A stretch of DNA of 64,000 nt. Origin: Eledone cirrhosa (taxonomy: Eukaryota). The translations under genes were made by a program, and so were the position numbers. Within the stretch, counting starts at the first letter, position 1, and each line of letters opens with the position of its first letter. Positions 39,428 to 52,112 of this stretch are shown here, piece by piece. A model generated the notes under the pieces. It was given only the letters and a program-made list of their open reading frames with translations, made no database searches and was not told the DNA's origin. The DNA is taken from assembly GCA_964016885.1 (NCBI GenBank), contig OZ024740.1, positions 396,056,001 to 396,120,000 of the forward strand, in the 5' to 3' direction.

Positions 39428-40860
39428 CAGGGGCCTCGTTTGCCTTAAAAATGTGAGGGGGACAAACCAACATTTGTTGGAGCATTTTAGTATTACTTAT
39501 GGTGTCTTTCCTGAACCCTATCGCATAAGTAAAAATTGCTTTACGCTAATTAAATTTTATATATTAAAATGAAGTTCAGATATAAAATAAAAAAAAGCTT
39601 AAAAAGTATTTATTATATCAAATAAACAAAAAATAAAACAGACGTTTGAATAAAAATCATATAAAGTAAATTTATTGTCTTTTAGAACTTTCCAAATGTA
39701 TCATATCTCGCATCATTGCTGTCAATTTAGCAACTTCTTCACAACTAATCTTTTTCAAGACATCTTTATGACGTCTCATATTAGAATATGATTCAACCTT
39801 TGCTGAGTCATGGTCGATCGCAACCAAGTTTTGATGAGTCTCTGTAGAGCGCTAAAAGATCTTTCAGCTTCACAAGAACTGGTTGGAAACATTAAAAGTA
39901 GCCTGAGCAATCGCTCAACATTTAGAAACATGCAACAGACTTCTGGTTGCATTTCACCGAATATTTTACGATGATCCTCGAGAGATGATCCATTATGATG
40001 ATTTCTATAAAAAAGTATTTCGTTCCTTAAAGAACATTCATCAAGCTCTGGATACTGCATGATCACTTCAGCACAAACATTTCCATTGAGTAAAATATTG
40101 CTCAGTTTTTCATAATCTGCTAAATCCTGTGAAAAAAAATAATCTTTCAAATTTGATATTGCAGTATCCGCTACCTGCAAATACTGCACTCTGTAATGAT
40201 CCAAAGCAGTGCAGTGTTGATATTTTAATGCATTTCCTTCCTGGTATCTTTTAGGAACTTTTCGTTGCCTGGGTAGCTCCAAAGGAGAGATATCGAGTTG
40301 ATAAATCATTTTTTTCTGCTATATTGAACAGCTCCTGAAATTTTTCTTCACTGCGTAGATTTTTTTAGCTCCTCCTGCACCAGTTTGACACTCTGCAACA
40401 TGCTACCTAGATTGAAGGTGCTACTTTGAAAAGATATGTTCAAAATTCAAGGAATTGAAGTAATGGAACTACAACGTGCAATCCAAGAACACTGGCCCGG
40501 AGAGTTACACGTAAGAATAACATTAGCTCTGGATGCAATGTTGGTGCCAAACTCATTTGCTGCCTCTTGTAAAGAAATAGGGACATCTGAATAATTGTCA
40601 AGAAGGGCTTTGACTGCAGAAAGTTGTGTTAGCCATCGAGTAGGGCACACAGGTGTTAAGGAGCATGGTGACGATACTTCATTTTCTTCATCATGTGATA
40701 AATATCTTGCTTAAATTTCTCTGATGTACTATATAGTTTCCGCAATTCATTCACATAACCTAGAACATTTTTGATAAGTGAAGCTTGTTGTACAGACTTA
40801 GTTATAGTAAGTTGAGAAATATGAATGCCGCAGTGCATGTAATGGGCCAAATCAAGTTAT
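39428..40860 (-). pseudogene. Second hAT transposase remnant (Tip100/ZMYM1-like), C-terminal half
   Basis: YMHCGIH, CPTRW, and the hATC dimerization motif PTSSCEAERSFSALQRLIKTWLRSTMTQQRLN. CAGGGGC terminus-like sequence at 39428. Confidence 0.88.
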
Positions 40861-41077
40861 GTTAGAATCTTTAAAAAGATCTTTAAAAAATACCCGTACG
40901 AATTAAATACAAAAAAAGTTTCAGTCCAAAACAAAAGCAAACTATTTCAAATTATATATTTTTGAAAAATAGACGTGAATGTTCTCAAAGACTTGAGTTC
41001 AGTCGAAAACGCTTCTTTTTTTAAAAATTATATATTTCACTGTTTGCTGTTGTAATATTTTGATTGGATAAACAATT

Positions 41078-41277
41078 NNNNNNNNNNNNNNNNNNNNNNN
41101 NNNNNNNNNNNNNNNNNNNNNNNNNNNNNNNNNNNNNNNNNNNNNNNNNNNNNNNNNNNNNNNNNNNNNNNNNNNNNNNNNNNNNNNNNNNNNNNNNNNN
41201 NNNNNNNNNNNNNNNNNNNNNNNNNNNNNNNNNNNNNNNNNNNNNNNNNNNNNNNNNNNNNNNNNNNNNNNNNNNNN
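41078..41277. other. Assembly gap (200 N)
   Basis: Run of N flanked on both sides by TGATTGGATAAACAATT. Confidence 0.99.
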
Positions 41278-41677
41278 TGATTGGATAAACAATTCTACAA
41301 TTCAAACAGTAAAGTCAAAATACAAAAGATGTAAAATATGAAGAATTTCTTACCTTTCTCTGAAATCACAATCTCAGGGGAAAAATAGTACCTTGCAAAA
41401 TAAAATACCTTGTAGCAAAATAAAATACTTAGCAACGAATGAAGCTTGGAGACTGAGAAAGTAGTATTTGTATCCCTTATATACAGACAGGCAGGCAGGC
41501 AGGCAGGCACGCGCGCGGATTGGGTACAGAAAGAATTGTCTACAGTTTTTTATTGCCAGGTCAAAGGCCACTGCTCCTTTCAACAAAACACACACACACA
41601 CGCACACGCACGAGGGACAGAGATAGTAAGAAATGTGTGTGTGTGTGTTTGGTACACATCTATCTATCTATGTCCAA

Positions 41678-42077
41678 CAGGGGGTTCACACATGCGGCCC
41701 ACGAACTACTTATTTGTGGCCCGTGGTAGAACCAATATTTCATATCGCATTATAACTGGTGAAAATAAGGCGGCGAGCTGGTGGAATCGTTAGCACATCT
41801 GGCGAAATGCTTAACAGTACTTCTTTCGTTTTTACGTTCTGAGTTCAAATTCCGCCGATCTCTACTTTGCCTTACATCCTTTTGGGGTCGATGAATTAAG
41901 TACCAGTTGTGTACTAGGATTGTGGCAATCGACTGAACCCTAAACCCCAAATTTCATGCCTTGTTCCTATAGTAGAAATGATTATAACTGGTGAAAATTT
42001 TCACCCACCACGTTTGGCCCACTGTGCCTCTCCTCCAGGACGTAATAGCCCTTTTGTGTCCTTGAGTTTGACACCCC
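41678..42077. mobile_element. Small hAT-type MITE interrupted by a SINE
   Basis: CAGGGGGTTCACACATGCGGCCC start and GAGTTTGACACCCCT end, with GGCCC subterminal motifs. Confidence 0.55.
41767..41980 (+). mobile_element. Full-length Deu/Nin-type SINE with 18-bp TSD
   Basis: ATTATAACTGGTGAAAAT at 41749-41766 and 41981-41998; boxes A and B intact; CpGs retained. Confidence 0.92.
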
Positions 42078-42366
42078 TCTTCTACACACATACACACATA
42101 TTTTACTTTTTTTCTGTCTCTGGACTACCCCCATGCTAGAGCATCACCTTGGTATGTTATGGGGACGTCAACAAACCAACAAGCATTGGTGGGAGGGCAA
42201 ACGCAAAGACACACACAGACATATATACATATATACGACGGGCTTCTTTTAGTTTCGATCTATCAAATCCACTCACAGGGCTTTGGTCAGCCCGGGCAGT
42301 GGGACTGAACCCGGAAATATGTGGTTGGGAAACAAGCTTCTTGTCACACTGCATATATATATATGT

Positions 42367-42595
42367 AGGTGTCACAACAAAAAAACACAGTCCACGCTGT
42401 AATGTGGCCGTGTAGGTAACATGGTAAAAACCTCCCAGTTCACACTGTAAACGTGGTTGGTGTTAGGAAGGGCATCCAGCCGTAGAAAACCCGCCAGACA
42501 GTCCTATACGAGCAGGACAACCAATCTTGCCTCAAGTGGGAAAACTCCCGTCCAAACCCATGCAAGCGTGGAAGATGGACATTAAACGATGATGA

Positions 42596-42600
<5 letters not shown>
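42367..42600 (+). mobile_element. RTE 3' UTR fragment
   Basis: Matches 50037-50289; ends in (GAT)n then (TA)n. Confidence 0.85.
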
Positions 42601-42641
<41 letters not shown>

Positions 42642-42989
42642 TTTAAACGTATAATGTTTGATTTGTCCAGGTGTATTTTTTCAACCTGTTCTTTCGTTAC
42701 TTTGGTATTGTGTGTTAGATTTTGCCTACCACAATGTTCAATTTGTCAAGCTATTTAAACGTATGTTATTACTCTGAGGACCTACCTTATCGAGTGCTTT
42801 GCTAACTCATTCATATCGTAGGTCGAATTTGCTTGCACACTGCCAAAGATTCGATTTTACTAAGCCTCCAATTATGTATGTGTGTGTAATATATCACACA
42901 CACGCACATGCACCCCCTTACACACTTAAATATTAATGCATGTATATATACTAATGTAGAAATGCATACATATATTTACGTATGTATAT

Positions 42990-43010
42990 AGCTATGTATG
43001 TATGTAGATT

Positions 43011-43044
<34 letters not shown>

Positions 43045-43457
43045 GATTTATATATATATTTATATATGTATGTAGATTTATATATATATATGTATGTAGA
43101 TTTATATATATATATGTATGTAGATTTATATATATATGTATGTAGATTTATATATATATATATGTATGTAGATTTATATATATATATATATATATATATG
43201 TAGATTTATATATATATATATGTAGATTTATATATATATATATATGTAGATTTATATATATATATATATATAGATTTATATATATATATATATATATATA
43301 TATGTAGATTTATATATATATATATATGTAGATTTATATATATATATATATGTAGATTTATATATATATATATATGTAGATTTATATATATATATATATG
43401 TAGATTTATATATATATATGTAGATTTATATATATATATATATATATATATGTGTAG

Positions 43458-43495
<38 letters not shown>

Positions 43496-43607
43496 AGATT
43501 TATATATATATATATATATGTAGATTTATATATATATGTAGATTTATATATATATGTAGATATATATGTAGATTTATATATATGTAGATTTATATATATA
43601 TATGTAG

Positions 43608-43660
<53 letters not shown>

Positions 43661-43682
43661 GATTTATATATATATATATATA
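42990..43682. repeat. Compound minisatellite GTAGATT(TA)n
   Basis: About 30 units with variable TA length. Confidence 0.95.
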
Positions 43683-44214
43683 AAGTATTAAAAAAATAAT
43701 GAATAAAACAATGAAACAGTTCCTTATATTAAACAAAAAAAGTTCATTATTTAACGATCGTTTCTAGGACATATATGTGTTAGAATTGGCATGCATATTC
43801 AACAGATCTATGTACAAAATTATACAAAATTATACAAACTATCAAATCTAATATACATACCAACACATACATATGCCGTCTTCAGAAATAATGAAATATA
43901 TTTATTGATAATAACAATTCAAAATTACAGGTCTGTTTGGGAACAGAGTTCAAATTGACCAATGAAATACACAAAAATATATCAAGAAAATACAGTTAGG
44001 TGTGTGTATATATGTAAGTAACTTTGTTCACAGATATGCATAAGAATATATGTTCACATGTATACGCATGTCGAAAATATGTATGCAAATACAAAAATTC
44101 AGGGTTAATGTCTCTGTATGTTTATAATCTACAGATAAAATACACATACGTATATAAACATAATACATATTCATATATACACACACATATACACACACGC
44201 ACGCACACACACAC

Positions 44215-44894
<680 letters not shown>

Positions 44895-45165
44895 ACTATT
44901 ATTATTATTATTATTATAACTACATGGATATTAAGGCGCGCACACAAAAACACTGCCACATACATTTTTACATATATATGCAGAAGATGGTGAAGGGAGT
45001 CAGTAATTACTAAGGGTGTCAGAACTGCCTATTTATAAAATGTATCTATAAATTTAGAAATAAAAAGAAATATATTAAAAAAATAAACAAATAAAATATA
45101 TACTCATACATAGAATACACACTCATAAATAAAATACACACCGATATATATATATATATATACAT

Positions 45166-45929
45166 ATCATCATCATCATCAGGTTTAGCGTCCGTGTTCC
45201 ACGCTTGCATGGGTTTGGACGGGGGTTTTCCCACTTGAGGCAAGAGTGGTTGTCTTGCTCGCATAGGACTGTCTGGCGGGTTTTCTACAGTTGGATGCCC
45301 TTCCTAACACCAACCACGTTTACAGTGTGGGGCTGGGAGGTTTTTACCGTGTTGCCTACACGGCCACATTACAGCGTGGACTGTCTGGCGGGTTTTCTAC
45401 AGCTGGATGCCCTTCCTAACACCAACCACGTTTACAGTGTGGGGCTGGGAGGTTTTTACCGTGTTGCCTACACGGCCACATTTACAGCGTGGACTGTGTG
45501 TTTTTTTTTTTTTTTTGTCGTGACACCTACACGATCTCATTTGTTTCGGCCTGGATGTTGTGGGACCAACATAACTTTACATTGAAAGGGGCGGTGTGGA
45601 TGGGGTGGAGGTGGTGGGACCGGGGGTGTTTTGATAGAGATGCCTACTGACTGTAGTAGGTTTTTACTTTGTATTTAGGTAAGGCGGGTCTTCTCTATTA
45701 CTGAGTACCGCCAAAGGTCTCGGTCCAGTGACATTGTCTTGGAGAGGTGTAAGCGTGTGAGGTCGGAATTTATCAGCTCGTCCCATGTTTTTCTGGGTCT
45801 GCCTACTCCGTGGCTACCGTCTATCTTTATTGCCCTGCACTTTGTTATACAGCTGTCATCTTTCATGCGCATCACGTGACCGTACCAACGTAGCCTTCTC
45901 TCGAGTAAACAACATCTGATCCCTCTTAT
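45166..45929 (-). mobile_element. RTE LINE 3' fragment, same family as the 46.6-50.3 kb LINE
   Basis: Reverse complement of 49664-50289, with an extra ~112-bp tandem duplication in the UTR. Confidence 0.92.
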
Positions 45930-46683
45930 TTATATATATATACATATATATATATACACACACATATATACACGCATATATACATACACATATACATAGA
46001 GACACATACACATACATATATAAATACATAGACACACATGCATACACACACATATATATATATATACATATATTCTCAACACACGTATATATATACACAT
46101 ATATGTATACACATATACACACATACATACATATACATACATATACATATATACATACACACACATATATATACACACATATACACACACATATATACAT
46201 ACACATATATACATATATCTCCACGAGGGGCTGCGGTCAGCCACAATCTCTCTCCCCCTTCCCCTCTCTCTTTCTTCCCTTTCCCCCTCTCTCTCTCTTC
46301 CCCTTCCCCTCTCTCTCTCTCTCTTAGCTACACACACACACACGCACACGCGCGCGCGCGCAAAATCCGAAATCTGTATTTTTTGTTATCTATTTAAGGT
46401 TTAAATACGGTGTTTTTGTCGTATTGAACAGAACAAATCTTGCAGTTTTGCTTTTTGTTAAATCGCTTGTTAAACATTCATAACCTTCCAGCTAGCTACA
46501 CACCACCATTCTTAATACGTGGACCAATCATAAGCCAGAGCCCCCCCCCCACGCATCACCATTATTATAAGCCAGAGCCCCCCCCCCCCCCCCCCACGCA
46601 TCACCATTATTATTATTACGCGGACCAATCATAAGCCAGAGGCCTATACTATCGCTTGCCCGGTTGCCTTCGATATATGATGG

Positions 46684-47937
46684 ATGGATGGATGGACGGA
46701 CTGCGGAATCCTGGAGAGTGGAAGGGAGAGAAAAATCTGGACGCTCAGAGCGAAAATGCCAAAGTTAAAGTCAAATTCACCTCGTGGACGAGAATGCGAG
46801 CACTCCTCTTTGTTTCGTCCGCAGATGGCTAACATAACCCTATCTCCCCCCGCCCCCCACCACCCCCACCCTCCAAACGCAACCCAAAACTTCAGAGTTG
46901 GTACCATAAATGTAGGCACCCTAAAGGGTCGCGCTAACGAGGTTGTAGAAATGCTTGAACGTAAGGAGGTCGATGTTTGTTGTATTCAAGAGACCAGGTG
47001 GAGGGGTGGGTCTGCTAGATTCATTGAGGGTAAAAAACGATGTTATAAGCTTTTCTGGGTGGGAAACGACGATGGGCTGGGTGGAGTAGGAATCATGGTA
47101 GCAGAAAAGTGGGCAGATAAGATAATAGACGTAAATAGAGTGAACGACAGAATAATTAAAATACGACTTGTCCTCAATAGAACTACGGTGACAGTAATAT
47201 CTGCGTACGCACCCCAATCCGGACTGCCCGGCACTATAAAAGACAGATTCTATGAGACACTGTTGCTAACTACCTCCCAAATATCTGACAGTGACTATAT
47301 AATTATTGCAGGCGACCTAAATGGTCACGTTGGACAACATTGTGACGGCTACGACGAAATCCATGGAGGCTATGGGTTTGGTACTAGAAATGAGGAAGGC
47401 TCCAGAATCCTGGAATTCTGTGATGCAAATAACCTAACTATCTGTAACACTAACTTCAAAAAACGTGACAATCACCTGATCACCTATAGATCCGGGGAAC
47501 ACACAAGCCAGGTAGATTATATCCTTACCAGAAGACGTGACAGAGTGTCTGTTGTAAACACTAAATCCCTCCCCCATGAAGAATGCACCTCCCAACATAG
47601 ACTGATAATTAGCGACCTCATAGTCAGGACGAGACGTACTCGACAGCAGAAGAGGACTATCCTCAGGAGGAAAATATGGAAACTAAAGGACCCCACAGCC
47701 AGAAATAAATTTCAAAGCATATTACTTGATGCTTTCGACAGTAAGGAAGAGCATCTAGAGTCGGACAATATAGAGGGACAGTGGGAATTTCTGAAAGCAA
47801 ACCTGCTGTTGGCGACAGACGAAGTCTGTGGCTGGAGCAGGCCTGTAGGCAGGAGGAGAGTAACATGGTGGTGGAACAGTAGGGTGGAGGGGTCAATTAA
47901 GGCCAAAAAGCAGGCTTGGAAAGTATGGGGGAAGTAG
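46684..47937 (+). CDS. RTE ORF, N-terminal part: AP endonuclease
   Basis: GTINVGTL, CIQETRW, SAYAPQ, GDLNGHVG, QVDYIL, TSQHRL. Ends at a frameshift. Confidence 0.92.
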   Translation: MDGWTDCGILESGRERKIWTLRAKMPKLKSNSPRGRECEHSSLFRPQMANITLSPPAPHHPHPPNATQNFRVGTINVGTLKGRANEVVEMLERKEVDVCCIQETRWRGGSARFIEGKKRCYKLFWVGNDDGLGGVGIMVAEKWADKIIDVNRVNDRIIKIRLVLNRTTVTVISAYAPQSGLPGTIKDRFYETLLLTTSQISDSDYIIIAGDLNGHVGQHCDGYDEIHGGYGFGTRNEEGSRILEFCDANNLTICNTNFKKRDNHLITYRSGEHTSQVDYILTRRRDRVSVVNTKSLPHEECTSQHRLIISDLIVRTRRTRQQKRTILRRKIWKLKDPTARNKFQSILLDAFDSKEEHLESDNIEGQWEFLKANLLLATDEVCGWSRPVGRRRVTWWWNSRVEGSIKAKKQAWKVWGK

Positions 47938-47950
47938 AGTAGACTATCAA

Positions 47951-49930
47951 GTGGCCAGGAGGGAAGCTAGGAGAGAAGTGTACTTAGCAAGAAGGGAAGC
48001 TGAGGAAAGAAAGTTCAAGCATGTTCTACAACGCGATGACCAAAAACGTGAGGTGTTCAGGATTGCTAGGCAATGCGTCAAGGAAAACCGTGATATTGTC
48101 GGAGAGAAGTGTGTACTTAACGATGATGGCATACTTGCCATCACCGACACTGATAAGAAGGTAGCTTGGAAGTGTCACTATGAAAGGCTACTAAATGAGG
48201 AGAACAAATGGGAGAAAGACAGTCTCCCCCATATCGACCCAATAGAGGGACCAGCAGTGTTAGTCGAGGGGAGTATAATAAGTAAGGCAATCAAGGATAT
48301 GAAGACGGGTAAGGCGGCTGGGCCTTCGGAAATAGTTGCTGAGATGCTGAAGGCATCTGGCACGGTGGGACACACCATGGTCACCCGCATAGTTAACCAA
48401 GTCGTACAGAATGGGGTTGTTCCGAAGGACTGGCATAGCAGCATCATCGTTAACTGTTATAAGGGTAAAGGAGACGCCCTAGATAGGAGTAACTATAGAG
48501 GCATTAAATTAATCGACCAGGTCATGAAGGTCACGGAAAAAGTAATAGCGCAACTAATCAGAGAGAGAATTGACCTAGATGAAATGCAGTTCGGGTTTGT
48601 GTCGGGCAAAAGCACCACAGACGCTCTTTTCATAGTACGACAACTACAGGAGAAGTACCTAGCTAAAGGTAAACCCCTCTACTTAGCTTTTGTCGACCTG
48701 GAGAAAGCCTTCGACAGAGTCCCCCGCTCCATTATCTGGTGGGCTCTTAGAAAACTAGGCGTTGACGAATGGCTTGTGAGGGCTATACAAGCCATGTATA
48801 AAGAAACAGTCAGCAAGGTTAGAATTAACAACGAATATAGTGAAGAGTTTAGCGTAAAAGTTGGCGTCCATCAGGGCTCTGTTCTCAGCCCCCTACTATT
48901 TATTATTGCCCTTCAGGCTATAACAGAGGAGTTCAAGACACGCTGCCCATGGGAACTCCTATACGCAGACGACCTGACACTCATAGCGGAATCAATGGCC
49001 GAGCTAGAGAAGAAATTCCAAACATGGAAGCACGGCCTAGAGTCAAAAGGACTTAAAATTAACCTGGCTAAGACCAAAGTTCTAGTTTGTAGGAAAGAAA
49101 GCAAGGCGGCGGTCCCTTCTGGGAAATGGTCGTGCTCGGTGTGTAGGAAAGGCGTAGGTAGAAACTCCATTTTATGTCCTAAATGCAAAGTATGGGTGCA
49201 TAAAAGATGTAGTGGGATCACAGGTAAGCTAACTAAGAACATAGATTTTACATGTGGCCGGTGTTCTGGTGCAATAAGTAGCAGCAAGTGCCCACAAAAT
49301 ACTAGCTCTTTCAATTGCGCAGAGGGTTCTATAGAAATAGTGGACAGCTTCCGTTACCTGGGCGATAAAATCAGCAGTGAGGGAGGGTGCTCTGAAAGTA
49401 CTGTAGCTAGAGTCAGAACTGGTTGGAAAAAGTTCAGAGAGCTTATACCACTATTAGCTGCTAAAGGGTTCTCCCTAAAAATGAAAGGCAGGTTGTACGA
49501 TGCCTGCATACGAACAGCAATGTTGCATGGTAGTGAGACCTGGGCATTGTGTGCAGAGGATATACGCAGACTAGAGAGGAACGAAGCTTGCATGTTCGGC
49601 TTGATGTGTAACAGTAATAAACGTGAACGGCAAAGCATAAACAAACTAAGGAAAAAATTAGAGATAAGAGGGATCAGATGTTGTTTACTCGAGAGAAGGC
49701 TGCGTTGGTATGGACACGTGATGCGCATGAAAGTCGATAGCTGTATAACAAAGTGCAGGGCAATGAAGATAGACGGTAGCCACGGAATAGGCAGACCTAG
49801 AAAAACCTGGGATGAGCTGATAAACTCTGACCTCACACACTTACACCTCTCCAAGACAATGTCACTGGACCGAGACCTTTGGCGGTACTCAGTAACAGAG
49901 AAGACCTGCCTTGCCAGTAGGCATCTCTAA
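47951..49930 (+). CDS. RTE ORF, C-terminal part: reverse transcriptase with PHD-like finger
   Basis: NYRGIKL, QFGF, FVDLEKAFDRV, GVHQGSVLSPLLF, YADD, C4HC3 motif, RLRWYGHV. Confidence 0.95.
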   Translation: MARREARREVYLARREAEERKFKHVLQRDDQKREVFRIARQCVKENRDIVGEKCVLNDDGILAITDTDKKVAWKCHYERLLNEENKWEKDSLPHIDPIEGPAVLVEGSIISKAIKDMKTGKAAGPSEIVAEMLKASGTVGHTMVTRIVNQVVQNGVVPKDWHSSIIVNCYKGKGDALDRSNYRGIKLIDQVMKVTEKVIAQLIRERIDLDEMQFGFVSGKSTTDALFIVRQLQEKYLAKGKPLYLAFVDLEKAFDRVPRSIIWWALRKLGVDEWLVRAIQAMYKETVSKVRINNEYSEEFSVKVGVHQGSVLSPLLFIIALQAITEEFKTRCPWELLYADDLTLIAESMAELEKKFQTWKHGLESKGLKINLAKTKVLVCRKESKAAVPSGKWSCSVCRKGVGRNSILCPKCKVWVHKRCSGITGKLTKNIDFTCGRCSGAISSSKCPQNTSSFNCAEGSIEIVDSFRYLGDKISSEGGCSESTVARVRTGWKKFRELIPLLAAKGFSLKMKGRLYDACIRTAMLHGSETWALCAEDIRRLERNEACMFGLMCNSNKRERQSINKLRKKLEIRGIRCCLLERRLRWYGHVMRMKVDSCITKCRAMKIDGSHGIGRPRKTWDELINSDLTHLHLSKTMSLDRDLWRYSVTEKTCLASRHL

Positions 49931-50610
49931 CAAAATACACCCCGTCCCGCCACCACCCCCACCCCATCCACACCACCCCGTTCTATGTAAAGTTATGTTG
50001 GTGCCGCGCCATCCAGGCCGAAACAAATGAGATCGTGTAGGTGTCACGACAAAAAAACACACAGTCCACGCTGTAATGTGGCCGTGTAGGCAACACGGTA
50101 AAAACCTCCCAGACCCACACTGTAAATGTGGTTGGTGTTAGGAAGGGCATCCAACTGTAGAAAACCTGCCAGACAGTCCTATGCGAGCAAGACAATCACT
50201 CTTGCCTCAAGTGGGACTACCCCCGTCCAAACCCATGCAAGCATGGAACACGGACGTTAAACGTTGATGATGATGATGATGATGATGATACACATACACG
50301 CACATATATATATACACACACACTCACACATATATATACGTATATATACACACACACACATATCCATATATGTATATACACATACAACCACACACTCACA
50401 CAACTCAGACATACATAAATAAAGAGATATACATACACACATATACATATACATATATATATATATATATAGATATATACATACACATAAATATATATAC
50501 ACATACACACACACACATACATACACATATATATATATATATACACATATATATATACATATATATAAAGAAAAAAAAAAATAAATAAATACACACAGTC
50601 ATACAATTAT

Positions 50611-50651
<41 letters not shown>

Positions 50652-50776
50652 CACACATCTCTACAAATATATATACACACACGCACACATACATATATAC
50701 ATACACACATATATATACACATAGACAGATACATACACACACATACATACACATATATATACATACATATATATAC

Positions 50777-50827
<51 letters not shown>

Positions 50828-50829
50828 GA

Positions 50830-51440
50830 CATGGTGGCTGCCAACTCGTTTTCGAGTACGGCCACTACTTTATATCCATGTAGGAGAACCCCTACCGATG
50901 CGCTGAACGAGTGTGACTTTTTAGTCCAGCCAGCGACTTGAAAACTCTGGTACAAACACTACACTTGTGACAATTACTGACACATAGTGCTGGGCCCATG
51001 GTACCATGTGACGACAAGTGCAGAGAGATCTCCAGATATAAAGCAATGCCTGTGCCGTGAAGCTTTTATAGTGAGCAAAGGCACTGCACAAAGCCAGTCC
51101 CACTCTCTTAACCAAGATGATATTTACCAAAAAGAAGAACAAGTCAACATCATTGGATACCATCAGGGTTGCAGGTGTTATATCAGAGTTTTCCTTCTCC
51201 TAGAATTCTGCCTTGACAAAGGCTAAGGGGTCATCTCTCCCGGTGATTTTGGATGGCCATTGACTCTTAAGAGCTCCTTTGCCCTTTGACAGGTTTTGTT
51301 TTTAGTCCTGCAGGATGTCCAAAGTCACCCTCCTCACCAAGAAACCTTGGTGGGGTTGCCAGTTTAGTCGCCAACGACCCGACCATGGGACAGGTTGTAC
51401 TGGGATACATGTTACCAGTAGCACCAACTGGTGACCTGAC
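50830..51440 (-). mobile_element. Probable isolated RTE-type 5' UTR fragment
   Basis: GC-balanced island between microsatellites; minus strand has CTAGGAGAAGGAAAACTCTG and GGCGACTAAACTGGCAACCCC, which resemble RTE leaders as I recall them. Confidence 0.45.
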
Positions 51441-51699
51441 ATATATAGACATACACACTTATTTACATGCGCACATATGTATTTTTATACTCACATACAA
51501 ACACTCAAACATACATACCTACTTACATACACATACATACATCCACGCTTACAAATACAAATAATCATGGGGGGGGGGGATTAAAATTATTAGTGGGAAA
51601 TAGTAAATAAGAATATTAATCTACATTTAGATCATAATGTGTGTTTACATAGTAGTTTTAGTATTAGGAAATGTAAGAAAGAAGGCAAAATTATGCATT

Positions 51700-52066
51700 T
51701 TAATATAAGTATACTATTAATTATAGGTTAACTAAATTAAAAATAGTTAATATATTGATTTCTAAGGTGTATACTACTTAGGTTTATAATATTTAAAGCA
51801 GAATTTTGAAGTTAAACAGTAGTAGAGTATTAATTATAGCATAACTAAATTAAAAATATTAACATTATGGTATCAATATTAGGAAATGAATTTAGTAATA
51901 GGGAAAACCAAATCAAGTATTTCATCGGTAGTAGAATATAAATTATAGGTTAACTAAATTAAAAATTATATATTAAATTCTATAGTATATGTTAATTAGG
52001 TTTATAATAATTAAAGCAGATTTTGTATTTTATCTATAGTGGAATATAATTATAGGTTAACAAAAA

Positions 52067-52112
<46 letters not shown>

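Larger units (their letters stand above)
46640..50289 (+). mobile_element. Near-full-length RTE-clade LINE
   Basis: APE plus RT coding region, ~360-bp 3' UTR, (GAT)n tail; 5' boundary approximate. Confidence 0.93.

Noticed and set aside
42990-43682. CRISPR-like periodic repeat
   Set aside because: Spacers are only (TA)n, there are no cas genes, and the context is eukaryotic.
45856-46397. Several overlapping ORFs (also 42982-43699 and 50217-50955)
   Set aside because: TA/CA microsatellites lacking stop codons.
47920-47955. Programmed frameshift or two-ORF LINE organisation
   Set aside because: RTE elements typically encode APE and RT in one ORF; a small deletion explains the break.
48178-49854. 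Antisense ORFs over the LINE RT (also 59779-60894)
   Set aside because: Shadow frames of the RT coding strand.
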